64,000 nucleotides of DNA from Lytechinus pictus (taxonomy: Eukaryota), in the NCBI RefSeq assembly GCF_037042905.1, contig NC_087245.1, positions 5,396,001 through 5,460,000 of the forward strand. Direction: 5' to 3'. The notes below the pieces were generated by a model that was not told the DNA's origin, made no database searches, and saw only the letters and a list, made by a program, of their open reading frames with translations. A program made the translations under genes and the position numbers. Shown one piece after another: positions 1 through 13,481 of the stretch (position 1 is its first letter; every line of letters starts with the position of its first letter).

Positions 1-1511
1 GTTTTGAAAGTCCATTTTTGATGCACATGTACACGGCGTGTTTTTCGGTCGTGTACACATTGTAAACACTGAGAGCGAGTCATGTTTTCAGTGTTTCCGA
101 CATTTCGACACGGACCCGCATCAACATGTCAATATAATATAAAAAGGGGTATATACAAGTATAGCCTAAGTCGCGGTTTTAAAGCTTACCTGAGAAGTCA
201 GAAGTATCAATCCACAAAAATTGGTGGAATTAAAAAGTTTACTCAGCTTAGCAGCGCATTAAATTAATAAAGAATGCAAAAGAAAATCAGTGCAGGGCCC
301 TAGCTAGCGCCGACGTTCGTTGGATGCGCATTTTGCATACTGTACCGTACATGCATGCACAGATCGCTGCAGAATTAAGTGTAACTGAAGTTATCGATTG
401 ATTTTCATTATTTTATTGCCAATTTGAGGAGCGTTTCTTCGTAGGCTTGTAGCACATGTGTACGAGCGTATCAACACATAACTGTAGCAATGATCGCTGT
501 CGCAATTGGTGATTCTCAAATTGGCTCTGAGTGTGATTGAACAACGCTTTCGAGCTTTCGAGACCGGAGCAGACCCATTTCGTGGTACAAAAACTTGAGT
601 CTCCAGGATGAATGTGGATTAATCGGCGATTTTGGAAGTAAACTTACTCTAGGTTAATTGAAATATATTGACATATTAGTGATTATAACATGTGCAGTGT
701 CTGAGAATTAAGAATTAATGTGAGGCTGTGAGCTTGTTCACTGACTTTACAGTCCCATGCAAGCTTTATGCAGATGCTACCGTTTACACGGTGATGGAAT
801 TTAGTACACGTGCACTGACTTGACCGTGCGTGTACACGTGTACCCGAAACGGGCCTAATTTTAGGCAAGTCCAACGCGTGCGTTACGTATGGGACATAAT
901 TTTAGGGGCTGGAATGACCTGAAAAATGGTGATAAGGGACTTTGATTGGATTAAATACCATCATGTTGGTTGATATCTTGGAGAAGAATAATCATGTAAA
1001 AAATAGTGACATACACATGACATGACCATGATCATTCGGAGAGAAAACATGTGCCGTTACGAATGTGATGCAGAAAAAAGACAATTCTTTAACTTTTTTT
1101 TTTCAAGTTGAGAATTCTCTGAAAGTATTTCATTTGACAACTTGTAACTCAGTGATTAAAAGACACATCACTCAAGTATATTGAAGGCAAGTTTCGTGTA
1201 ATAAGGCAAAACCCTCTAATAACAGACTCATATTAGAATTTATGACATGTTACATATGGGACAGTTCTGTATGGAACATTTTGTCCCCATAGAGAACGTA
1301 CACAATTTTCCCCATGATTTTAATTTAAAAAAATCAAATACATGTACCGTAATAAAAAAAAAATGGAAATAACAAAAGAGTTTTTTTATTTTAAAATGTT
1401 CTATTGAGACATATTTGATAAGGAGATTATCTGTAGCCTTTTAACATTTCCCCCCCTTTTTTTACATTTTCCCTCCATATGTTCCATTTTTTAATGGAAG
1501 TTCCATACAGA

Positions 1512-1957
1512 CACTGTTCTCACTACCTTCCTAAAACAAGTTTACTGGAAACTAGTTTAGTGGAAACTAGTTTAACGTGTAGTGAGAACGGTCAAAGCGA
1601 TCTTCCAATCCGGTTCAGAAACCCACCTCGTGATGTAGTTTTCAAGATTGCTTTGCAATGTTAAACTGGTTTTAGCGTAAGTGAGGACACAACCGCATTC
1701 GGGAAGCGATCTTTGCACATTTTGAGCACGCTACTCCACAAGACAGGTTTAGAATGCCTACGCTGGATTTCAAATTTTGCACGAAACGTGTTACCCCACT
1801 GAGAGCGTTTCCATAGCACCAAGATCGCTTTACATGAAGTGATTTTGAAAACCACTTTCGTGTGATCAAGTGGGAATGCTAGCAAAGCGATCTTCCAAAT
1901 TGGTTTCCTGAATCGATTTCTAGTAAACTAGTTTTAGAAAGTGTAATGAGAACAGCC
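1512..1957. mobile_element. MITE-like inverted-repeat element
   Basis: ctgttctcactaccttcctaaaac... at the left and ...gttttagaaagtgtaatgagaacag at the right; boundaries approximate. Confidence 0.55.
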
Positions 1958-1989
1958 TCTATATATTGTAGGCGCTGCTTTTCCAACGG

Positions 1990-2660
1990 CGGCGTCGGTG
2001 TAGACATGAAATCTTAACCGAAATAACTTTTTTGGAAATGACAGAAAGTATATGGACCTAGTTCATGAAACTTAGACATAAGGTTAATCAAGTATTACTG
2101 AACATCCTGCCTGAGTTTCAGGTCACAAGACCAAGGTCAAAGGTAATTTAGGGTCACTGAACTTGCACCATGTTGGGGGAATCAACATCAAAATCTTATC
2201 CTACATGTAAGGTTAAGTTTTTTAAATGTCATCATAACATAAAACTATGAACCTACATGTAGTCCATGAAACTTGGACATAAGGGTAATGAAGTATTACT
2301 GAATATCCTGCCTGCGTTTAAGGTCACATGACCAAGGTCAAATTTCATTTAGGTTCAATGAACTTTGGCCAAATTGGGGACCATATTTGATGAAATGCCA
2401 TTATACACTGATTGTTTATGAATCTAGTTCATAAAACTTGGACATAAAAGTAATCAAGTATCACTGAACATCCTGTGTGAGTTTCAGGTTCATTTTCCAA
2501 GGTCAAAGGTCATTTAAGGTCAATGAACTATGGCAATGTTTGGGGTATTTGTTGAATTACCATCATAACTTTGAAAGTTTATGAATGTACATGTAGTTTA
2601 TGAAATTCAGACATAGGGGTAATCAAGTATCACTGACTAGTCTTAGGTCACTTAACTTTC
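1990..2660 (+). repeat. Tandem ~190-bp subunits of a dispersed repeat (continues at ~4049-4900); rich in AGGTCAAAGGTCA
   Basis: Recurring catgaaacttggacata...aatcaagtat.actgaacatcctg...ccaaggtcaaaggtcattt units. Related sequence at about 54260-54620 and 55370-55710. Confidence 0.75.
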
Positions 2661-3738
2661 ATTAAAAATTAAAATATTTATTTGAAACTTTAAGTTTTTC
2701 ACTTTCATTCTCAATTAATTAGAACTTCCAAGAGATCAGATGCAAATCTAAAGGTATTGTATTCTGGGAAATAACTTTAAATGTTCCGTATGGGACATTC
2801 CATCTTTGTACTTTACCTAATTTGCATATATTAAATTAGATGACTCCACTTTTTTTCTTGAAAGAGTAATACGATGTTGGGGGTCCATGTCCCACTATGA
2901 TTAAATATCAAAAGTTTTTTTGATTTTTCTACAAGTTTTTATAATTGTCCCATACATAACACCCATTTTTTATACCAATTATGCAAATCAGGAATATTTC
3001 TTAATGATTTTTAAAATGAAACATTTGGGCTTTCTTATCCAACCAATGATAGAGCAAAATAGAGATGAAATTTTGATTTATAGGGTGACCTTTTGTTGTA
3101 CATGCACTTCTGTCTAATTAAAAATTAATCAAAGATGTGTGGTCACATAAAAGACAGAACATTGCCTATGTGCCTGATTAATTTCTTGTGAAAATATGAA
3201 TTATAAACTAAAGAGACTTCCCTTGGTAATGTCTGATAAAAACTTTGGAACATTTATGTACATATTTGAATAGATAAAAGTACAATCAGACAAGCACAGT
3301 TTTTGATCCAGAAATTTTCACCCAATTTTGATGGTTTCCTACCAAGTACTGTAGGAAAAAAATAATAATTGGGGACGAGATAATTTTCACTCCGTCGGGT
3401 CGTCATCACCACTTCCGGTTCAGCTCGCGCGAGGTTCGCGATACTGAGTTTTCCACCACGCTGAAATCGATGCCAATCAGCGTAATATGTACAGATTATA
3501 ATACTTTTTATTTAATTTGGTCAGTTTTTATTCCATTTGAACTATGAATAAAAATAAAAAATATATTTCACGTGAAAATAATTTTTATTCATGTTTTTAT
3601 TTGGTTATAAAAATAGTAAACAAAAAATGAATATCTTAAAATTTTGCATTTAGCGACCGGCCTGACATCACGATCGTATTCGACTAGACGCTAAATATAT
3701 ACAGCATTCATTCCGTCCAATTTTTCGTCGACCACAAA

Positions 3739-3960
3739 ATGGATAAAAAATCAGTTTCGGAACTTAAAAAAATCTTAACTGACAGAGGAATACCGTGCAA
3801 TGGAAAGCGTCGGGCAGAATTAGTGACTTTAGCAGAAAAGGCCGTTAAACTGTATCGTGAAAGAGAGGGTTGTGATCACGAACTTTCCGAGCAAAAGCGA
3901 CGTTGTGTTGTTGTGCATGACGGCACTGTTGATCTGAATGGCAAAACAGTGCATTGGACT
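3739..3960 (+). pseudogene. Truncated transposon-gene fragment with an N-terminal SAP-like helix-extension-helix
   Basis: MDKKSVSELKKILTDRGIPCNGKRRAELV... has the SAP pattern. The ORF then runs into non-coding repeat sequence after ~4049. Confidence 0.45.
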
Positions 3961-4223
3961 TCCGAACGGGAAGTTGTAAATACCGAAAAGCTATCCCATA
4001 ATGCAATGCGCGTTACAGTGATTTTCCCGGATCTCGGCAAAATCGCTATTTGGGGTAGCGAGAATTGCCATCATAACTTTGAAAGTATATGGAGTAATCA
4101 AGTATCGCTTAACGGGAGCTTCAGGTCACATGAACAAGATCAAAATAAGGTCATTAAGTTCAATGAACTTTGGGCAATGTTGGTGATATTTGTTGAATTG
4201 CCATCATAACTTTGAAAGTTTAT

Positions 4224-4657
4224 GGCCCGAATTTACAAAGGTGGTTTTGAAAACCCATGGTTTAATCCATGTTTTTTGCAGATTTCCTGTATGAATTATG
4301 CTTAATAGCATGTATTGGGCGTGTGTATAAAAAAATTCCAATGCCGATGCACGCTTTTGTCACAGTGTGCCAAATTGACGCCTGTTACCATGGTTAGATC
4401 TGTACGCTATTTTATTCACGAGTCCACTGTTTGAAGAGTGGACTCATTAATTCAAACCAGAGGACTCATGAATAAAATAGCGTGGATAACCACGGCAACA
4501 GGCGTCAATTGGCACACTGACAAAAGCGCGCATCAGCATTGGACATTTTTTAATATACCCGGTAAAATGAGTGTAATTTATACAGGAAATCTGCATAAAC
4601 CATATAAACCATGGACTCAACCGTGGGTTTTCGAAACCACCTTTGTTAATTCGGGCC
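4224..4657. mobile_element. PIF/Harbinger-type foldback MITE
   Basis: TIR GGCCCGAATTtACAAAGGTGGTTT...AAACCACCTTTGTtAATTCGGGCC, 3-bp TSD TAT on both sides, internally palindromic. Confidence 0.8.
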
Positions 4658-5228
4658 TATAAGTCTAGATCATGAAACTTGGACATAGGATTTTTTTAAG
4701 GATAATCAAGTATCAATGATCATTTTGCACTAGTCTTTGGTTACATGATCAAGGTCAAAGGTAATATAATGAACGCAGTAATTTTATTATCATATGAAAT
4801 GTGTTTTTTGTGAATAATTGTTTCAAAGTCAGCAATGCACTAATGCAGTATATTGAATCACATAATGCAGGTGAGACTGCTAGAGAGGCATTTCACTTGT
4901 TTTATTTCTGCATCAATTGTATTTACATTTGGTACAAAAGATAGTTAATAGTAATACCATGTGTGTTCATATGGATGATAAGTTTAAAAAGTCATATAGG
5001 CCTTTAGGGTCAAAAGATTATATTGCATATTTTATTGAGTGAGAAACCAGGTGAGACTAGTGGTTCAAGGTGCGAACATCTAAAAAATTGATCAAAGCTC
5101 ACCCCTATCAAAGACATTTGGATCTGACTTTTAATGAGACTATACATTTTTCTTCTGTTCTATTCTTCCAGGTCTTGTGCTCCCTTATAGGCTTCCACAT
5201 CACGCCTTAACTCACTCCATCTTCTAAC

Positions 5229-5471
5229 ATGGCTAAGCCCAAAGTAAAAGCGGGCAATAGTAATGCTGTGGACAAATTGACTCGCCGTCCTCCAAAGAAC
5301 GTACTTAGAATCAAGATGGGCTCAACGGACAAGCGCAAGGTACGCAGCGGCAAGCTTAAAAAGGTACTCAAGTCATTGGAAGACCCTGATTTTATCTTGG
5401 AACCTGAAATGGATGCATTTGTAGATGAGGAATTGGAGCTGTCTGAAGACCTTCTAAATCAAATTGAAGAG
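5229..5471 (+). CDS. C2H2 zinc-finger gene, first coding exon (basic then acidic N-terminal region, 81 codons)
   Basis: Candidate acceptors at ttccag 5171 and ttatag 5190, ATG at 5229, open frame MAKPKVK...LLNQIEE, donor GAG|gttagt at 5472. Phase 0 matches the acceptor at 13812. Confidence 0.75.
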
Positions 5472-6122
5472 GTTAGTAAAGAAATGATTTGATGTTGACT
5501 GATGCAGCTTCTCATTTGTTATTATTATTATTTTTTTTCTATCAGAATTGGTGCCATAGCTTGCATAGAATGATTTGTTTAATTGTGTAAAATGCCGGGT
5601 AAAGAGAAGTCTAATTTCATCCTCATAGAGATTCAAAATCATGAAACAGAAAGGGATTTGTGTAATTTTAAATCCCAATGAAGCATATTTTTACTCAAAT
5701 TATTAAATTTCTCACTGAAACCCAAATTTATGTGACATGAAAGAATGATGCACTTGCACTTTATATATGTTCATTCATGTAGATTTGCTGCATATAAATT
5801 TTCTAGATGCAAATTGCTGTTGTGTCAAGCTTTCGGGTTTAAATAAATTGCACTCCAAAAAGATTTTCAAAATCTGGAATTACCTGACAGATAGGGAGAG
5901 GTTTGCCAAAAGAATGATTGATATTCACAAGGACAAATTTGACATAAAAAAGGTACATTGTAGGAACTGTAGTGTTTGAAGACTACTTCGATTTGGAATG
6001 TTTTGAGGTGAATATGTGCGTCAGGTGATGGCCCCAGCCAGCTAATAATGATATTAAATGTTTATTTCATTTACTTATATTTAAGAAGTCAAACATTTAT
6101 TTCTACGGTGTTTTTTGACATA

Positions 6123-6905
6123 CAGGTATGCCAGTTTCCGGCAATTTCCGGAATTCCGGCTTTTTAATAATTTTGGTATCTAATTTCCGGCTTCGAGATG
6201 TTATTTCCGGGTTTCAGGCCGATCTGATCATCTAAACTAATCGGACATTCACTTTCACAATTTCTTAAGTATGTTCCGTGTATTTGGGCATGAGAACATC
6301 GCAAAACAACTGTCACGCAAAACTAGCGCGATGTCGCAATGACCATGCCATGCGATCGCGATGCAAACGGTATACCGATGCAAACAGCGTGTATCAGTGT
6401 TTCTATGCAATGTGTACGTTGAAGAGTAACCCAGGGATCTCCGGAAATGACGGAACATTGATCATAGTATAGTTTACACTTATCTTCCGATTGTGAGTGT
6501 TTACATGAATTCATTAGTTTACATGTATATGAATTTTTCGCCTTGCCTGACGGGTGAGAAATTGATTAGCCTAACTGGAGTGTTAGGCCTAGGCCCTTTA
6601 TTTTTTTCTACTCATTGACTGCAATTCACATGAACTAAAAATGGTATTGGAGGTTGGAAGAGAAATCTATAGATGAGCATGAGTATCACAATACACTGTA
6701 GAAAATGTGTTGTGTTTTAATTTTTATGTATTTTTTATTTTTGTATATATAAAAAATGACCCCAAAATTGGATTAGATATGAGGGGAAAATATCCCTCGG
6801 ATATGCTCAGAATGCACCAAAGAGCATCTAAGAACCCCAGAGCACATCAATTTAGTTCACAAACAAATTTTCAGGCCCAAGAGCAATTTGCCACTGGCAT
6901 CCCTG
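6123..6905. mobile_element. hAT-like non-autonomous element with 6-bp TSD
   Basis: CAGGtATGCCAGT...ACTGGCATCCCTG termini, with GACATA at 6117-6122 and 6906-6911. Confidence 0.75.
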
Positions 6906-6944
6906 GACATAGAAAACTCATGCAAAATGCAGCAGCATAGCAGC

Positions 6945-7075
6945 AATTTTGTGCGCGAATACTTTTCAGTTTATTCTTGCCAGGTACCCATTTAATCTCA
7001 CTGGGGTTGAATGCAGCATGATGTAGATCAATTTCTTGCAAAAAAGGAAATTACGCCAAGGCTGGGATTACAAAA
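6945..7075 (-). mobile_element. Degenerate SINE-like fragment
   Basis: ccaggtacccattt...ctggggttga...ggctgggatt resembles the reverse complement of a tRNA-SINE core and B-box; recognised by pattern only. Confidence 0.35.
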
Positions 7076-7224
7076 TTTGACCATTTTCAAAGTCAGACTA
7101 TTTCCTTTTTCACTGGACCCACAAAAGTAGTCTAGATCTGGACGTCAGTACATGTAGATATTGTACAATGTATGTACATGTTCACCATTATGCTTAGTCC
7201 TCCTGACTTTTCAATCTCTCTTAT

Positions 7225-10200
7225 GGGTCAGTCCACGGGGTTGGGGCAAAAATTGTGACATCAGGGTCAAAAAATAGAAATGTAATAAATGAAAAGTTTT
7301 ATTTCTTATAAGTTTCATGGGACAATTCTTCAACTAAATCCACTTACAGGCATTTCATACCACCCTGCATATTTGAGTAAATTGCGAAACAAGATTTGAC
7401 AAAATACCACCGTTACACGGACATCATTTATCATCCTTACTTAGACTACATGTATACTCTCCCACTGTCAAAATAAAAGGGTTGATCTCAATTCCTCTTA
7501 ATAAATATTTTGCTAACAACATTTTTAGTCACTTTATTCCACATTTTCCAACATGGCATATACATGTATATTTTGAAAGATTTAGCATCAATAAATGGAA
7601 CTTGATGCTCTGTGTGTATACCAGTGCCATGTTCTGTGTCGTTCTTTTTTCTCACCAGTCAAGAAAATTCAATTTATGATGGCATGTAGAACTAAATAGT
7701 TGACAGAAGTCATGCCTCAACAGAATGGAATATTCTTTTTGGAAAAACTCAACTACTCTTTCTGGCCTAACCTTCTATTTTTGGTGTTACCACCGTTACA
7801 TGGACATCATGTCTCTCTAACAGAGGTATAATTTGTAGCATTGTATTAAGTTAAGGTCCATTAATGGTCATCACATACCAAATTACACTTTCTGCCTTAA
7901 ATTATTTGCACAAGATCAATTGATTATATTAGAAAAAAAAAACATTTTGCATGTCAAATTCTTTGCAAATAAAAGAAATTTAAATTAGAGATTAAACAAA
8001 GAAAAATGTACAAAATTATTGACAAATTATGTGTCGTTCTTTTTTCTCACCAGTCAAGAAAATTCAATTTATGATGGCATGTAGAACTAAATAGTTGAGA
8101 GAAGTCATGCCTCAACAGAATGGAATATTCTCTTTGGAAAAACTCAACTACTCTCTCTGGCCTAACCTTCTATTTTTGTTTGGTGTTACCACCGTTACAT
8201 GGACATCATGTCTCTGTAACAGAGGTATAATTTGAAGCATTGTAAGTTAAGATCCATTAATGGTCATTACATACCAAATTACCCTTTCTGCCTTAGAATA
8301 TTTGCACAAGTTCAATTGATTATACTAGAAGAAAAACATTTTGCATGTCAAATTCCTTGCAAGTAAAAGCACTTTAAATTAGAGTTCAAACAAGGAAAAA
8401 TGTACAAAATTATTGACATTATATTTAAAATCATACTAATCCTCAAGGTTCCACTTCCGTCTGTCTCTGGAAACATTTATGTTTCTGTCTAAAGGGGAAA
8501 AAACGAAACAGTGCTATCTTACGATCTCCAAATCTTTTATTACTTTGAAATATCTCCTTCAAGATATTACTTTCAAATGTAGATACCTCTGTTACACGGA
8601 CATCATGTCCTTGTAATGGTCATATTGAATAGCATTACTTGAATATTTGACATATTTTTCTAGTATCAACACACTAAATGCAAGTTAACTCATCTTACTC
8701 AAGTGTAGAAATACAACATCTACAAGCAAGCTTCTGTAATTCATATCAATTAACAGGTAAAATGTTTTTTTTATTCATACACAATTATAAAATTTTTGAT
8801 ACCTTTGATACAATATTCAGGTGAAAAATATGTAGGGAAAAGGTACTACATGTACATGTAGTTCAGTTCTTCTAAGCTATGGTTTTTCAAGACAAAACAA
8901 GACAAAGTTGGCATGGAAGACATGGACAACGCATTTATACCTTACACATATAAACTTGTTCAATTTGTTAACTCTAATTTGTTTTACCTCAGTTACATGG
9001 ACATCATGTCCTCAAAATGGTAGTGTAGAAGTGACATTAATTAAAATATAATCATGTCATCACTGGAACTTACATACATTAGATAAAACATTAAGTTCCA
9101 ACATGCGAAAAGGACAATTGTAAAGTACTTGGTGGACAAATTTAATTAAAAAAACTCACCACCTTTATATCTTCTGTTTTTTTAACAGAGTTGTAAGCGA
9201 GGAAATAAAATGTACTAAGCTATTCTAATGTTCAAAAATAAAACTGCAAGAACTCTTTGGTAAACTTCTTACTGGCAAATGCAAAAAAATGTATTACATG
9301 TACACTAAACCTGAGTATTAAAATTAACATGCAATATTTCTCTCTGCATTCAGGTTACAAGTTTATGAACTTCAAGAAGACTGGTGACCCAATAAGAAAT
9401 TTCAGTTTGGAAGAGGATTCTGTCAATGTCACAAAGTAGATGGAGGTAGAATTGTGCCTCGCCATCAGGCCAGGAGTACAGGTCACCAGATTGACACTTC
9501 ATGTACTGAAGATATACATTTTCACCTTGAACAGAGGCTACCTGTAGTTGAGAAAAATAGTATTTGGAAGTTTGACTATATTTTTTAAGCAATAAGCAAA
9601 TATTTTTTTATATTATATCAAATCATTTACTTATTTATGTCTTGACATTTTCTCATTAAAGGGGGTGGATTACTAGGGACAATGAATCTGATCTGTTCTT
9701 GCAAAATACACAGGAACCTTCACTTTGTATTTTTTCATAGCAAATAGAACTCATCATTTCATAGTTCATAAATTAAATATAAAGTTACGTTTTATAGAAG
9801 GTTTTTGTATTTGTGTTGTTGTGTTCTACTTTGTTTTCACAATACAATTACTTGCCCATTACCTTTTCATAAATTATCTGTACTTCAATTTCATTTCTCA
9901 ATGGATTAATTTAATCTAATTTTATTCTGCATTCTAATCAAGGGTGGTTACCGGTATCTAGACAATTCCATTTAGTTTTTTATGACCATCCTATTTAATT
10001 TTCATCGCTGAAGTTTAATTGTTCAAGCAATTACATAATATATGTATGTTTTATTGGAATTAAATGAATTAATGGAATTCAAATCTGCAATTTACCTTCT
10101 GATACAGTAAATAAACTTTTGTGAAACAAACTTGATTGTGTCACATTTTCTTTTGTTCACTTGTACATGTTTTAAAAATCTCATTATATTGCAATAAAAA

Positions 10201-11907
10201 AAAATCACATTGAAAACAATCACACAGGCTTTTGCTTTCTGATAAAACGAACCCCCCCCCTCCTTACAATTGAATATATAGAAATCAAAATACAAAATAT
10301 TGAAAAAATATTGAGAGAAATAAAAAATGTGCTGAAAAGTATAACATTCAACAAGATGAAAAGTTTTGGGAAGGTTAGGCCTACAGCCAAGAATTACTAG
10401 TAATTGGATTATGGCCATGCTTCATCATACACAAAACACATGTACTATATATAGGGGGTAGTAACAGAAAAATTATTTTGCCCCCCCCCCTTCTTTCGGA
10501 TTGGGATCAGCTGACAAGCAAAAAAAAAAATGGGGGGGGGGGGGGGCCTGCCTCCCCCGTGGCGCTGCCACTGGTTCTAAACTCTCATTTTTGGGGGGAA
10601 ATTCAAATTTGATCATCAGGTATTTGATACCCATATTATGTAGAATCAGTAGGAGCCAATTTAAACAAGGCGAGATTTTGTACCAAATTTGAGATGTCAG
10701 CATGATCATCGGTGATAGAGCAGTTTTGAGTATTCATTGGCCTATTGAAATAACATATTTCGGTGTTTAAAAAAATCAACTAAATTGCGATTGAATCATG
10801 TCAGCTAACATTCAAAACATGTTTGCACGGAATCACTATTAAAAACATTATTTCTTTGGGGCCATTTAGCAAATCTGGAACAAACACGGCGATGTCTCAA
10901 TCACATATTTCACTTACACGAAAAGATACATGTGGGACTGTAGTAAAAGATTATGGAAAATTAGCGAGATTTTTCAAACTTAAAAACACTTTCTGCATGA
11001 TAATATAGTTTCACATTTTTAAGATAAGGTTTAACTGATTTAAAAATACGAGTATCGGGATAAATCTCCGTACTTACGTCGCTTTGAAAGGGAAAACATC
11101 GTTGAGATCCAATCCACCGTTACACGGACATTGCGGGAAGATTCCCAATTGCAATGCTGCAAAACACCCGATATCATAGCCGTTCATGTGCACGTGGATT
11201 TCGGCTAACATCCCGTCCGTCTGATACAACGACGGTCTCTTCTCCGGTCTCTCCTTTTTACATACGCGATGAAATGTGATCCACCGTTACAAATTTGGCT
11301 CGGACATCGCCTAAAACATCGGCGACCCTCGATTAATTTACATGACATTAACATTGGTTTTCAAAGCTAATCTTTTGATGAAAAGTTGCTTACTGCCTGC
11401 CCTTTATTTCTGACACATAACTTTGGAAAGAATGATTTCTGACTTTTAGTTATTTACCACTTTACCGCCGTTACAGAAAAAAATAAACGCGGACATCGCA
11501 TGTAACGGTGGTATGCGATGTTGTAGGAATGATTTATGCTATGAAGCCTCTTTTCATTTGCTATCCCATTACTGTTTTGTTATTAAACAAATGTTGCTTT
11601 ATCAATCATGGCCATTTGAATTTGACTAAGTTTATCTTTTAATTAGATATCTTCAACTGAAAATGACAAGTTTGGATGTCACACTTGGTGCCCCCAAAAA
11701 GAGTCTGGACATCATCATTTAAAGTCTCACCATCAAAAATACTTGAGGTTCAACATTTTTATTTCTGCATCAAGTAATTGCTTACATAACTGCCTTCCAA
11801 CAAAACCACATTGCAACATCCAAACGCCAAACACATTTCCAGGATAAAGCCAACAATTCATAGGGAACACAAAAAAGTGCTGTTGCCCCAACCCCGTGGA
11901 ATGACCC
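7225..11907. mobile_element. 4.7-kb TIR DNA transposon derivative (Sola-like termini) in the zinc-finger gene intron
   Basis: TIR GGGTCAgTCCACGGGGTTGGGGCAA / TTGCCCCAACCCCGTGGAaTGACCC, flanks TTAT/TAAT, many internal CCACCGTTACAyGGACATC motifs. Confidence 0.75.
7635..8420 (+). repeat. ~395-bp tandem duplication inside the 4.7-kb element
   Basis: tgtgtcgttcttttttctcaccagtcaagaaaattc starts at both ~7635 and ~8030, and the units are near-identical. Confidence 0.85.
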
Positions 11908-12675
11908 TAATGGCAAAATGGTATTTTCTTGTGAACTGAGTCAGTGTAAGGTTTTCTTAAAGCAAATAACTGCCAATGTCTAAATCTAAACTACCGGTAA
12001 ATGCACTGTCACACTTGACATAAAATGTTTTAAGACTGCCTCAAAGTTTGTTGATTCCAAGTATTTTCTGATCGAGAATTTTACCATGATCTACCCCGAT
12101 CAGAAAATACCACTTACAGGTAATTTTGGCAGTGTGATAGAAAATTACGCGTAATATTCCCGAAAGAAAATACCTGCTAAAAATCGACTAAATAGTAAAT
12201 ACTAGGTCAAAATAACGAGAAGTTTCGCTGGGATTTTTCCAAGGTTGCAAGTATTTTGGCTGTGTGAAAGCACATAATGGGAACTTTCTTCGCCCATTGT
12301 GTAGGTTGCGGGCACTGTGGATGGCTGCTAAGCTAGCGATTTAAAATCTCTCGCCTTGCCTGCTTATCAGACCATAATGCGCATGCCTGTAACATCAAGA
12401 ACTTACACCTAAGGATGAAAAGTGCATTGTGGATTTGGGGCAGTGGTAATGCAAGAATAATTATCAGGTATTTTTTAACCTGAAAAGGCTCTCGTAATTA
12501 AACAGGGATTCTTGTGATCGAGGTGGTTTGAAACCACCTTAATACATGCGGTACACATAAGTAGATGATAGCATGAGCACATCATGGTTGTGCCTATGCA
12601 TTAATCACTGGGCCAGGATGAAAAGTGCCTTGTGGATGAAAGGGGGCTCATATTATAATGTTTGCTTATACAATA

Positions 12676-13481
12676 CAGTGCGTCCCACAAAAAATGAAAC
12701 CAAGGTTTAGCGACAATTTATCATAACTAAATCACAAATACAATAGACAAATGACCTATCATTGTAAAGCTTAGAATGTCGTCTTTTAGCTGGTATAACA
12801 TACAAGATTTTTCATCCACGCATGAGTGAGTAAAAACAATTTGAAGAAAGAATAGCAAAAAGTCATTTGGCGGGGGTATCAAAATTTCAAAAAGAAAATC
12901 ACATGCCCAAAAAATTCAATATCTGCTCTTTAATTTGATAACTAAATCGCAGAAAAAGGTCAAGAAATACAAAGTTATGTTTCTCTAAAACAATGCTTGT
13001 ATTTCCATAATTTCATGAAACATACGTGTTTTCACCGGTTTCCCACCGAAGCTATCGCACAGTTAACAAAAGACTCTGCATGGCTGATCATCAACAAAAC
13101 TGAGTGTCGAGTAAGTCTAAAAGCTATCCTGTAAAACCTCTTCACTTTATGAAATTATTGGAATTCAAGCCTTATTTCAAACAAACAGAACTTTGTTATT
13201 TCTTGACCGTTTTCTGTAATTCAGGTATCAAATTAAAGAGCAGATATTGAACTTTTTAAAAATGTGATTTTCTTTTTGAAACTCAGATACCGCCTGCCAA
13301 GTGATTTTTTGGTTTCCTTTCTTCAAATTGTTTTTGCTCATGCAAGGATTAAGAATAATCTTAAGTTATTTCAAGTGAAAGAGGAGACCCTACGCTTTAC
13401 AATGATTTTTCTATTGTATTTGCGATTATGGCATGATAAATCATCTATAAATCTCGGTTTCGTTTTTTGTGGGACGCACTG
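12676..13481. mobile_element. Tc1/mariner-type MITE with long TIRs
   Basis: TA|CAGTGCGTCCCACAAAAAA...TTTTTTGTGGGACGCACTG|TA. Confidence 0.9.

Noticed and set aside
7407..11500. Recurring CCACCGTTACACGGACATC motif as a CRISPR-like array
   Set aside because: Irregular spacing of hundreds of bp, eukaryotic context, no cas genes; it lies inside a TIR element.
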